From the NCBI GenBank assembly GCA_013239625.1, contig MU053881.1:9323957-9387956 (forward strand): 64,000 nt of DNA. The letters are read 5' to 3'. Of the stretch, positions 1-12,100 are shown piece after piece. The DNA comes from Lama guanicoe (Eukaryota). The notes under the pieces were generated by a model that worked only from the letters and a program-made list of their open reading frames with translations, was not told the origin of the DNA and ran no database searches. The position numbers were made by a program, and so were the translations under genes. The stretch's first letter is position 1. The number at the start of each line of letters is the position of its first letter.

Positions 1-497
1 TAACACTTGGTGACTGAGCACTCGCTGCAGGGTCCACAGACATCTGGCAGATTCCTGCTCCAAGGCCCCTCAAGTGTCCAGTTACTGCCTTTAGTGCTAG
101 CAAAGAACCTTCCTTTCCCAATACATACCTGCCTTAGCCGAACAAACTGCTCCAGATAATGATCAACTATGCAATGCCCGGAAGCCTGACCACCAGGACG
201 GGTCACAAGCCCCCTACCAAACTCCCCTCCCTTCCCTGTTACCCCAACATCGATCAACCAGAAACTCGTACACAAGCCAATCACGCACCTGCAACCCCCT
301 TGTCCCTGGTGCCACATCAGCACAGGTCGTAAAAGATCACTCTCCCTTATAAAAGCCCTCCACAAGCAACTCTCTGTGCATCCGGACACACCTCACCTCT
401 GGCCTGCTGCTGTCTATAACAGACCCAATAACCCCCTTTTCTACTACCATCCTTTGTCTTTGGGAAGTTCTTTTAGCACCCGCGTATTGGCATGACA
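1..497 (+). mobile_element. ERV LTR, 3' part (5' end probably outside the window)
   Basis: CCAAT 277-281, TATAAAA 348-354, polyA-like AATAAC 427-432, U5-like T-rich tract, ends ...TGACA at 497 where MIR sequence begins abruptly. Confidence 0.7.
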
Positions 498-700
498 CGT
501 ACTATGTGTCAGGCGTTGAGTGAAGTACGTCCCAGGGATGGTCTCAGCTCATCTTCTCAGCAGCCTTGTGAAGCACCTGTCGCCCCCCGAAGCAGCAGCC
601 ACTGCTGTTTTCCAGGTGAGGAAACTGAGATGCAGAGAGAGAGTTAAGTCCTATTCCCATGTTCACATCGTTACTATGTTGTAGAACTAAGGAGAAATAG
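498..700 (-). mobile_element. MIR SINE
   Basis: actatgtgtcaggc ... caggtgaggaaactgagatgcagagagagttaagt is the MIR core in reverse orientation. Confidence 0.75.
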
Positions 701-3700
701 ACTATAATACTTTGCTCTTTCTCTTATTTCTACAGAAATTGCACATACGCTCTGGAAGGTAATCTAAAAATCTCTAAGGGGAAAAAAAACTCCAAAAACA
801 CATATCAAACATCACAAACTACACGTTATGTAGAGTTGAAACTACAGAAATGGAAGCATGCATGTAGTATGCATTAGACTAGTGCCTGGCACACAGCAGG
901 CACTCAGGGAGGGTTATTTACTTACCTCCATTAACCTATTTAATCCAGAGGCTCATCCTCGGAGCCGGGCATTATCACCCCGTTTATCCATGAAGCCACT
1001 AAGACCCTAAGAGGTCAAGACGCTGCTGACCTCAGAGCCCAGCTCTTCCCATCACGCCTGCCTGCTTCTCAAAAGACCGATTCACTTTTTTCCTTTAGTT
1101 TATTGGATTATTTCCTTCAATTGCCCGGCTTGTTTTATCAGTCATCAGAATTACAGTTTCATACTGCCCTCATCTGTCTTGGGAGGAGTTAAGTGGTATT
1201 TAGAAATAGCTCCCAGATACTTGAAACTCTCATATTTACATTTTCAACACTTACAAATAAATTTTTCAAACTGTACAGCAGGTACCATAACCAAACATAT
1301 AAAGCCATCCATATTCCTCTTGGACGTTCACATGAAACTGCACTGTGCAAAACCTCATGATAACTACATTTCATTGGCAAATATTTATTGCATTTTTGAT
1401 ATACTTATAATAAAACAGCTTAATCCATCATTTCAACTAGATATGAATGCATGATTTTTTTCTGTAGATTATGGTATTTCCTTTATGAAACAGTGTAACT
1501 CCCAGGGCTGAGAGTATGAGGTTAAAAATAAAAAACCTTCAAGAATATTTTCAATAATTTTGGAATAAGTAATATGCTAACAAGTGCACAAGTCTCCCTG
1601 CTCAAAGCTGAACAGAAGATTTTTTTTTCCCACATAAAATACCAATTTCATATAATCAAAACATGACTTTCACAAAACAAAACAAGATGTAATTTCACAT
1701 TTCTGGGGGGAATATTAAGAGCCTTGAGAAGATGTCTGCGTTAATTGTACTGTGAGGTGAAGCGTTCTTAAAGGGTTGCTCTCTCATAATAACCATCTGG
1801 ATAGAATTCTGATCATAACAATTAAAAATAAAAGTGATGAGACTGCAGCAAAATTATTATACTTATAAATATTAGGAACCATTTAATAACCTTCATTTTA
1901 TTATAAAACATAAGTCTGAGCAGAATTTCTTCAAAAGTGCCATGAGGGGGCTCTTTTCTAATGTTGAAAACAGGTGATTTTGTGACTCATTACGATGAGT
2001 GTGAGGTAGGAGGGATTCTGAAGGAGCTCATGTTTTTGTGTGTGAGGGAGGGGTGGGGGTGGGGGACGTGGTGATGGTAGACAGCATTTCAGTTGTTCAA
2101 AGTACTCCGGAGACATTGTAAAAAGGGACTGAGGTACGCTGGGGTAAGGGGACTGTAGAGAACTGCAGAGAAATGTAAGAGATGTACAGGACCTTGAAGG
2201 ACACATGGACATATATTAGGTTGACAAATTCAAGAACATTTGAGATTTAAAAAAAAAAAGCAAGACAGAATGAGTGGATGTATTGGCCACTGGCCAGAAA
2301 ACAGTGCATGGGTTACAGGCAGAGAGGCAGATTTTTGAAAGACGTGTTTTTAATTTGACAGTTCACAACCACAGAAAGGATTTGTTCTAAAGAGGCAATC
2401 TCAAGTACTACAAAGAGACATGGGATCAGGGACAGCAAATGTTAGTGCAGGGCATTTAAGGGGTTTGGAGAAAGCAATGATTTCACTGCAGTGGAGAGTC
2501 TGCAGTGAGAAGAAAGGGAAAAATATACGTCCCATGTGAGAATCATAAAATAGTTACTCGTGAATTGCAGAACACATAAAGTTGAACTTTGCTCATGGCC
2601 GAGGTTGAATGAAAACGATTCCCGAATTGCTCAGGTAAAACAAAACGCTTCCTGTAGACCGACGCTCCCCACACATCCCTGAAGATGTGGGCTGTCCTTT
2701 TCCACTGCGCACATCATGGGAACGGTTCAGTGATAAAGGACAGCAAATGTTTCAGGACAGTTATTAAAAGAGGACTTATTAACACTGTAATATTTCAAGG
2801 AGGCTTTCTTAACACCAGCGCATCAATCCTTCAATGTCTCTTTCCCTAATTTGCATAAACATTGTAATTGACAGCTTGTTAACAGTTCATTAAGAACACA
2901 GGAACCTTGTGAGAAACAACAGCCTGACAACCCCATGGGGGACAGAATACCTAGCCATGCATTTTACCCACCTCAACATCCAGCCAGTTCACCAACAGTA
3001 GATCCAAAAGGTGGCTTGGCTGGTCAGTATGTGCATACAGACAAGCGCTCAAACATCATGCCATAAAGCTCTCATTAAGGGCTGACTGGCAGTTAATTTG
3101 TGTCTTTCAAGCTAGCTAACTCCGCTGAGTAAATGTCTCCATGATCCCTACAAATACTAAAATCATTCTATATAAATAAACGCAAGTGTTACAAACACCC
3201 TCCAAATCATAAGAGGAAATTGGAAAAAACAAGAGAGAATGGCAGACATTAACGATTTGCATTTCCTATGTGCTGCTTTAAAAAAATATATATATATAGT
3301 TTCATGTGTGACTTTTTCTTCTTACTGGTCTAAAATGGAAAATTTTCCTGATTGCAGTGTGAAATATTCTGAACAGGAGCAGGAGTCAACACTGCACCAA
3401 CGCAGAGAGAAATCTATTTGTGTTTTCCTGGTAAGAGCGCATCGTAAAACTACAGGCTGTTGTCCTTCCTTATCTTTGGATGAAAGCCTGATTATAAGCT
3501 CATTTCAGTTGAACAAATCTCTCTGGACTCCCTGCTGAGCAGGGCATTTAAACTTGAAAGCCAAGAGGTCTTCATTTTCTGTACCCTGACAGTGTGCTCC
3601 TTGCAGCCCTGGCATCCGGATTCACGCGGATGCATTAAGATTCAAGGGGGCGCCCCACAGTAAGGCCTTAAGTCACTCCACTTTACATTTTTCTTCTGGA

Positions 3701-4334
3701 AATGGACATCAAAGAGACGACGGCTATCAGCGGCGTGCATCCTAGGAACTCCCTCCTCTCCCCACCTGGAGTCATCTTCTCACAGGGAAGGGAAATGCGA
3801 AATAAGCACAGAACCGTCCTATAGAACACTCCAGCATGGACAGAGAGGCTGCCTCATAACATGTGGCTGCAGAGTCCTTTTGCAATATACGGGATTGGGA
3901 GAGAGCTGAAAAATCCCTTGAAAGGGTATCTTCCTACCTATTCGCTCTGGACTACTGACGTTCATAAAGGCTCACAGCTGAAGTCATGGATATGTTGATT
4001 TGCTGGGATAAATAGATCTCCTGGGATGCTGATTGGGGAATATAAAAAAAATGATCATGTTGAACTGCATGTTGTGGACTTCAAAAGAATTGAGTATTGT
4101 GAAAATGCTAGCCCAATGTTATGCATTCATAAATATATATATATATATGCACATATTTGGCTAGGTTATATCCAATTGAAACAGAATAACTGTTCTAATG
4201 ACCAAACTACCATCATCACCATCACCAATGGCAAACGGGTATGATGATTACTTATTAAAGCCATGGGTGGACCCTCTCAATGGGGAAGGCAATCTTAACA
4301 TTCATAGAAATACTACCACAAGTACCGTGTGAGA

Positions 4335-4545
4335 CTTGAGAACAGTGTGCTATGAGGAATCTTACATGCACTAGCTCGTACAATTCACAATAATCTTACG
4401 TGGTAGGTTTTCCCATTGTCTCTGTTTTATATAGGTAAGGAGACAACCTCCCAAGAAACTGTCTGGTTTACAGAGTGAGTAGAATTAGAAGAGCCATTTT
4501 AAACCCAGACTATCGAGCTCCAAAATCTGTGCTCTGGACTAGCAG
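4335..4545 (-). mobile_element. MIR SINE (diverged)
   Basis: cacaataatcttacgtggtagg...tgttttatataggtaagg...tttaaacccagact...ctccaaaatctgtgctct. Confidence 0.6.
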
Positions 4546-5184
4546 ATTAAATTGCCCATTGAGTCTCTCTGTTCACGGAAGCTCTATCTAGGGGTTCCAA
4601 CAGGGGCCACCTGCTGAGTGGACTGGACTCTCTTTAAACATCTCATGGATAACACCCTGTGATGAGATGCTACACCAGGAGTAGTCTGATCTCTAGTTAC
4701 ACGGAGCTACAATAGGCACTTAAGGTAGCTGACTGACTGAGAGCAAGGTTAATGTGCATACAGTGGAAATGTTAATTTTGGTATAAGTGACTACTCCGTG
4801 AGAAGGTTTTGCAAAACAACCATTAACACTCAAATATAATTATCTTTATTGCGACTGTCAGAAAAAACAACACTGAATAGCATGGATCAGTGGCCTAAAA
4901 GTGACTGTTTCTTTTGAGATGTCAACAATTCTTTTTTTTTATATGTTTTGTTAATTAGAGAATACTCTTAAGTTTTAGTATCAACATTATTACTGCTTAA
5001 CTGTGACCTCAAAATACTTTCACTATTTCATAAGCCTTTTCCAGTTCTTAATGCTCTGACCCCTTCAATCCTAAATTTGAAAGAAGGTCCTCTCTGCTCT
5101 GGTTAATTTAATTTAGTCTTGAACTCCAAAAGATGTGTATCTATTCTTTTTCATGATGGTCTTTAAATCACAAATGCATCCATC

Positions 5185-5620
5185 CCCTCACTTATTTCAC
5201 TTTGCAACAAATGTTTCTAGTTTATTAGTAAACAAAACAAAAACTTCTTCTACCCTGAAACATTCCAGAGGGAGAGACAGATAAGAAGCAAAATTAGTGA
5301 TATATAAGCAAATGGCATAGCAGATTGGAGGGTTTTAGTGCTCTGGAAAAAAAGACAAGGGCTATCAGGGTAAAGTGGAGGTGGGAAGGGAGTTACCATT
5401 AGCTAGAACAGCCTTACTGAGAAGGTGATGTTTGAAACTGGGGACAGGGTTAGACAAGAAGATACCTGGGAGAAGACAGCTCGAGGCAGAGAGCACAGCC
5501 AGGGTGAAACTTCCCAAGTTGGTGCAGGTCTGGCTTGTTCAAAGACAGCGTAGCTGGGGAGGAGCAAGGCTGGGAGGACGGGTAGGAGGGGAGGTCATAG
5601 ACCTTCCAGGGTTCCACTCA
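5185..5620 (-). mobile_element. L2 LINE fragment
   Basis: cattccagagggagagacagataag...ttactgagaaggtgatgtttgaactg...ggcagagagcacagc is typical of the L2 3' region in reverse orientation. Confidence 0.65.
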
Positions 5621-7339
5621 ACTATGCCACACTTGTGTCATACCCATTACAGGTAGACACGGGCCTCACAGTATGCGATAGACGTGAGCATCTAGGCGTC
5701 CACATGATCCTATGATTTTGGTACTACAATGCTTTAACAATTTAAATCATATTATTCAAAAATCAGAAGGTTTTTCAAAAATTGGATTTCAGGATTCTGT
5801 AGAAGAATCGGAGAACCGGTGCCCCCAGAGTTCATTCCCGGGGCAGGGCAATGACTAGCTGTTCACTTTTCACGGACATGTGCTTTTCAGGCTGCAAAAT
5901 ACTCTTGCTTCTGGCATCCTGACTTGTTAGGTGCCTGACCACACTCTGCAGAGATTACAGCTCTGTCCCTGCGTACACAGTTATCTTTTACTCTCTCTTC
6001 TTCTATCATTTTAACTACCACTTTTTCCCTTCAAGTTCAACTTAATTCTTACTCTCTCCATTAAAAAATAAAAATTTCTCTGTTGCTACAAAGTCCTAGA
6101 ATGTTTACTGTTGGCAAAACCGGAGTGAGTCTCTTCTTGTTACTTGCAACTTCTCTTTTAACCTGATTTTAGTTCCAATAAGACCTGAGTTTTCCCTCCT
6201 TGGTTCTTCTCAGCCCTGTAACATAGGTAATTTTTATTCATAGTTTTACTGAAGAGAAGTCACATAACTCATCCAAAGAAACAGAGAAAGTCATGTGAAA
6301 ATTCAGGATTGCAACTTAGCCTGTCTGGCTGTCGAATGGATGTTCTTTGTATAATGTTAGGCAGGGGATGTGTTGAACTGTATAATGTAACTTTTAAAAA
6401 GCCATTTCTTTGCTTCCGGCCTTCTGACTGAGCAGGGCTTTTCAGAGTGCTAGGCAAAGTGGGAAATGATGCTGATGAAATGTTCTCTTTGTAACTATCT
6501 AGCTATCAACATATTTAAGTAATTATCTTTACATTTACGTCTTTATACATAGATACAATACTGCATACTTTATAATATAAATATACATGTGTATATGTAT
6601 ATAATTCTAAGTTTGGATTGTTTAATATGGTTATCCACCTTATTCAAATTATTTAACTTCCCTAAATGCTTTGTCTTATTTAATGATAACATTTAAACTA
6701 CCCTGAAGCGATCACAACTTAAAAAAATGACATATCTATTTATTGATAAATATATATGATAATGATTTATATTCGTTCTTGATACCAAAGGACACTGTAT
6801 GATCTATTCATCACTGGTTGCTTTGACCAATTTTGATTTCCCCATTCTTGACCTTGCAAAACAAAATAAGACAAACCCTAAGAATAAGTAACATTTTCCT
6901 CCTTTGAGAAAATATATTTGCAAGATTTATTTTTACAAAAAATGTTATGAAAAAGAAAAGTACAGACATTAATCACATAAAATTTTGAAAGTATCCAAAT
7001 CTCCAAGTCTTCCAAATGGTCACCGATTCTTTACTATTTAAGCCCTGATCATTGTTCCGGATGTAGCTGGATGGTCAGGGGTTTGTTTGCAAAATGTTGC
7101 CTTACTAGTTTCATACTGGAAGAAAATATAAGTAGTCTATGGAAATGGAAATACTGTAATAAAATAGAGCAACCAAGCCACCGTTACAAAGTGACATGTT
7201 CATGTTCACCTTCACCGGGGACTACGGGTACAAAGTATTGCCCAGAAGATGTAAAATATTTTGATTCTATCTGTCTCTGCAGAGCAGTTTAATCTGATTG
7301 GGATGGAGACTAAGATACACATGGACATGCAGAGATATT

Positions 7340-7383
7340 AAGTGACACATTAGCCAATTAATTAATTGGCTAATGTGTCACTT
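7340..7383. repeat. Perfect 44-bp DNA palindrome
   Basis: aagtgacacattagccaattaattaattggctaatgtgtcactt equals its own reverse complement (checked base by base). Confidence 0.97.
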
Positions 7384-7391
7384 TAATTAAT

Positions 7392-7463
7392 GCAGTAAAA
7401 AAATACAGAAATGTCAAAGGAAAAGCAGTAAAAAAAATACAGAAATGTCAAAGGAAAAGCAGT
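7392..7463. repeat. Tandem duplication, 33/34-bp unit x2 plus 5 bp
   Basis: gcagt-A7-tacagaaatgtcaaaggaaaa (7392-7424), gcagt-A8-tacagaaatgtcaaaggaaaa (7425-7458), then gcagt. Confidence 0.95.
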
Positions 7464-7969
7464 CAGTCTCTGCATGTGCACAAAGGGAAGGAGGGACACG
7501 AATTATCAGAAAACTGAATATTAAATATTGGACCTTTGAGGTCCTATCCATGCTCCAGGAGACCTTAAGATTGTCTGTGAGCCGAGGAGTATTTGAAGAC
7601 CATCTTGAGAAGTGACCTCTAATCCAAAGTCCTAATGGAAGACCTCGTTTCTGTAAACTTCTCTGTACCTATTTGATACACTTTCTTCCTCTCCAGTGGA
7701 AGACTCAAATGTTTCCATTGGAGAATCTCTCAGCTGTCTTGTCCTCCTTTATTTCCCAGTTTCTTCCTATAGAGCCTTGGAATGACATATATGGGCTTTT
7801 ATTTACCTTACATTATCTGCTGCTTCTGTCACAGGAGAGCAAGCAGCATGTTATATGTCAAATGCAGAAATGGATGTCCTCTGGGAACAGGCATTCCAGG
7901 TCTGCCATTAATACGTTAAAAAGAAATTCCAGAAATATATCAAATCCTCTCTTTCCATATAACCTTGGC

Positions 7970-8131
7970 TTTTTAAAATTTTTTAATTGAAGTGTAGTTG
8001 CTTTACAATGTTAGTTTCAGGTATACAGCAAAGTGATTCAGTTATACATATACATACAAATTATTTTCTCTTTTCAGATTCTTTTCCATTATTTGGTATT
8101 ATAAGAAATTGAATACAGTTCCCTGTGCTAT
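7970..8131 (-). mobile_element. L1 3' end, 5'-truncated (cetartiodactyl-type)
   Basis: T-rich tail, then aattgaagtgtagttgctttacaatgttagtttcaggtatacagcaaagtgattcagttata...gttccctgtgctat; reverse-complement similar to 19820-19958. Confidence 0.85.
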
Positions 8132-8332
8132 TAAGTCCCACTAAAAACATCAAATACACACCCTTTCACATTATAAGGAAGAGGGGGAGCATTTTGAAAT
8201 AAAACATGAATGAAGGGAGGAAATAAGAGAGATTCAGTATTTACAAAACATGGCACTCACTGCATGTGTGTTTTAGAAATCTCTCCATATACATTTATTT
8301 TTAAAAAAGAATTCAAATTCACCCAAAGGTAA

Positions 8333-8847
8333 TGTAACAGGGAAAAAGAAATCTGACTCTGTATTAGATCTGTTCCTTTAGCTCCAACCTGTGCTGTTTC
8401 CTGTTCTCAGTCACGCTGGTTCTGCCCCTTTTGTAAAACAACTTTGCCTAGAGCCTGAAATATACAGGAGAGCCCATTCTCAAGGCTCTGACCTTTAAGG
8501 GTACAACACTCTTCCATTCATATAGAGATTAAAAAGTTGCAGAACAGAAAGTCACACTTGTCTTGTTGGAGGTTACAGGAACACTGTGACCTGATCTAAG
8601 TGGTCAGCAGCAAGAACAAAGGATTCTGACACCAAGAAGTTGGCAACAACCAACCCCATGCCCTCCCCTTTTTAGTATAAAAGGAGCCTGAATTCTGACT
8701 TGAGTAAGCTGGTCCTTTGGACACTAGTCCACCATCTTCTCGGTCTGCTGGCTTTCCAAATAAAGCTGCTATTCCTTGCCCCAACACCTCGTCTCTTGAT
8801 TTATCGGCCTGTTGTGCAGTGAGCAGTACAACTCAGGCTTGGTAACA
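8333..8847 (+). mobile_element. Complete solo LTR, ERV1 class (MER41-like by eye), 515 bp
   Basis: TGTAAC...TAACA termini, TATAAAA 8676-8682, AATAAA 8759-8764; 4-bp flanks GTAA (8329-8332) and GTTA (8848-8851) fit a TSD with one mismatch. Confidence 0.85.
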
Positions 8848-8929
8848 GTTATGGAAGTACAGCCACACGGGCAAGGGTACCAGTGCTGCACGGTGGCCTC
8901 CTGCATCACTGCAAAGCCAGACAGACATC

Positions 8930-9100
8930 CCTCGGACCCTGGTTCTCTCTCCTATAGCTGCATCTCAGTGGGAAAGTTATTTCACATTTCTGAGCCTCTG
9001 TTTTCTTGACTATAAAAGGGGCACTGTTCCACTGATCTTGCAGGAATGGTGCAAGGCTTAAATTAGATGATATAGGAAAAGCCCTATATGGTGCCTGGGT
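8930..9100 (+). mobile_element. MIR SINE
   Basis: gggaaagttatttcacatttctgagcctctgttttcttgactataaaagggg...aaattagatgatatagg...tggtgcctgg. Confidence 0.7.
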
Positions 9101-12100
9101 CAAAAAAAAATTATAAATGACAAATGTAATTAGCCAACGATGTGTGCCAAGCAAAGGGGGAAAAAAGAAGCAAGGAAAAAAAGTGTCTAAGTTCCTTGGG
9201 CTGAAGTAAGAATAAGCAAAAGGCCCAGTGCCACAGGGAGGCAATATGAATGAATACGATCAATATTTAAGGCATCCATCTGGCAGCGTGGCATACATAG
9301 ACTCTCCTGGCATCGGGGGGGAGGTGGCAGAGAGATGCAGTGGGACAGCAGCACGGTTCTCCAGGCACAGAAAGATGAAAGGGAACAGGGATGGTGGCTC
9401 TAGAAATGGAAAAAAAGTGGTGGTGGGGGCGGCAGATCTAAGAGACTCTGCTGGGAAAGAATCAGCAGGTGTTGGTGGTAAATTGGACATGGAAGGGGAA
9501 GCAGAGAGTCGAAAATAACTCCCAGAGAAGGGCTTTAGGGAGCTCGCAAAACACTGGTGACAGTGAGAAAAGGGAGGGAGTGATAAGTATCCTCCTATTA
9601 CCTTCAAAGTGAAAGACCCAACTGACAAAGTTGGCAAGAAGCTCTTCTCAATTTATAATTCTGGGCAATTAAAGTTTGGGACAAGGTGAAGGGGGCTAAG
9701 GTGTACATAGAGGTGCTAAGACAACATCTTCTGATGGGTTTGCTTTGAAATTATGAAATCAATTTAGCAACTGATGAAAACAATAACTCCACAAAGAAAA
9801 GTAAAAGAAAAAAAAATACATACTCCATACTCTGCTTGGTCATCAAATGACCATCCTGCTCCAGGAATAAAAGGAATCATTTACACATGGCAAATTTCTA
9901 TAGCCCACTAAGAGAAAAAGACAGCGGTTGTCTGCATGAATCTGGTTTGGAGTAAGACTGTCAGTACCCATGTCCATTGTACTCCTGAATATGCTCTCAG
10001 TAATCATTAAAATAGAAATGAAATAAACATGGCCAGGGAATGATGCTCATATAATAGTAGCATTGAGGTGACGTCACAGTTGTACATGTTTTGCAAATCC
10101 TGCCATAAATTTAGCCTAATGTGGTGGTGTGTCAGTACCTGCATCGTCCACCACTGTCATCACCAGCCTTTTAGAGGCATGTGACAGCCTGTTCATCTTG
10201 CGAACAGTTGCAAAGCAAAACAAAAGTAATGTTATATCTTAAGTTGCTTAAAAACTCCTGGCAATTAGGAACCCCAAATGTCTCTAAATCAAAACATCCC
10301 AGCAATGTTTTCAGGATTGCTGTAAATGCAATACAGAGATGAGAATTTACAGTGTTTTATAGGCAGGGAAATTGTGATACCAGATTGCATTTACTTTTAT
10401 CTTACCCAAAGTAACATTATCTTCTGCAACCGTAAAGAAACTGCACTATCATATAAATCTATTTAAAAGAATTGGCACTGTTACAAAAATCCATATACTG
10501 TGGTTTATTTTCTGAAAATCACGCAAATGTCAGTGTCTAAAAACAGAGACTTGATTTCTTCCTGGATTTGCCACTAAACACCCCTTTCTCCATCACTCTT
10601 ACACACGTATCCCTCAAAATGTGTCAAAAGCAGGAACAAATTTCCTAACCCAAACTGGAAAGTCCTTGGCTCTCCAACTGACTATAAATTGCGTGGCTAA
10701 GTGCACATGGCCACAGGGCTGTCACAGCTACTTCTCCTGACAATTCATCATCGCATACTAATTCTATAATATCATTACTGCGTCTCTTCTCACTGTACTG
10801 ATCCAACCGGTTAATTTAATCAACTAATAATAGATTCAGAAATGGATGCAAGGGGCCCTAGCACTTCAAATTTCATTACTGGCGACGTATCTCAGTGAGG
10901 AGGGTGCATTCCTCACCATCCGATATGATCTCCAGAAGTTAGGTTACCTAATAAGGTAGCTGAGGCTACCTCGAATACTGCATTTGGAAAATGACAACCA
11001 CAGAATTTTCTTTCACAATCAATACTTTTTTTTTCTTGTTAAAATATACTAACCATGTCAACAGGGAAAAAAAACGAACTCTTTTTCTACGCTTCCTAAG
11101 TGCAGGGTTCATTATGGATATTAATAAGACATAAGAACTCAGAAGTTTTCATACGAGTAGAAGAAATCAGAGTTCTATGATTAACTACAAAGTGAGCCAT
11201 TCAAGGATGGACAATTAATTTTATTAAATTTTAATCTTCTCTGCAAATGTCAATGATAATTAGAAAACATTATTCTTTAACATCACAGTCCATCTTGCAT
11301 GTCACGAAGAGTAATAAGTTAATTTATTACAAAGAAAAAAATGGCCTGAAAACACAACGTTAGAACATATACAACAGGTAAAATAAATGTCACAAATATG
11401 CACATATAATTTATTCAAACGTACAGTAAAAGCTGTAGAATTTTTTATAAGTGTCTCTTATTTGAAAGAAAAAGTTTTCTTTTAACACCTTTCTATCAAA
11501 AAGGAGTCGCCCAGCGATCCTCAAGTTGGAAGAGTGACAGAAAAGTCCAAGTGTGCTGAAGTCTGTCAGCCAACGCTATGGCTAGATTTGCTTGACAATT
11601 AACATGTGGATTAATTAAATGCTACTCGCTTGCCGTGGCAGTGATTTCCACCTGTTCAGACTCAGGAGGCAGGAATATCAGCTTGCAAAGAAACTTTTCT
11701 CACTAGTGCATCTCAAAATCACCACCAACCTGATGAAAATGTCTAACACAACAGTGGGCAAGCAGTATAGCATTAAGGTTTATCGCGGTGGTGTTTCCCA
11801 TGTGAGTTCTGAACACATGAATATACTTGGTCTTTCCACTGATTTTTCCCCCTACTAATGCGAAGAATGACTCTTGCTTCTCTGCATGGAGCAATGTTCT
11901 CAAAAGCCCTAAGATGAGAGGCCATAAGCTAGGAGTTCGTGTACTGAAAATTGACCTAAGATGGCTTAAATTTTGCGTTTAATTTTACTTTTAATGATTT
12001 AAAATCAAGAGACTTCATACTCATATCTGTACTTCTTTTATGCAAAACGCAAAATCTGGCATCGTTCTCCACCCAGACACAACAATTGGACGAACCTGAG

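Noticed and set aside
3612..3656. Short hairpin gcatccg...cggatgc and CTCF-like AGGGGGCGC
   Set aside because: A 7-bp stem is expected by chance, and the 5' half of the CTCF motif does not match.
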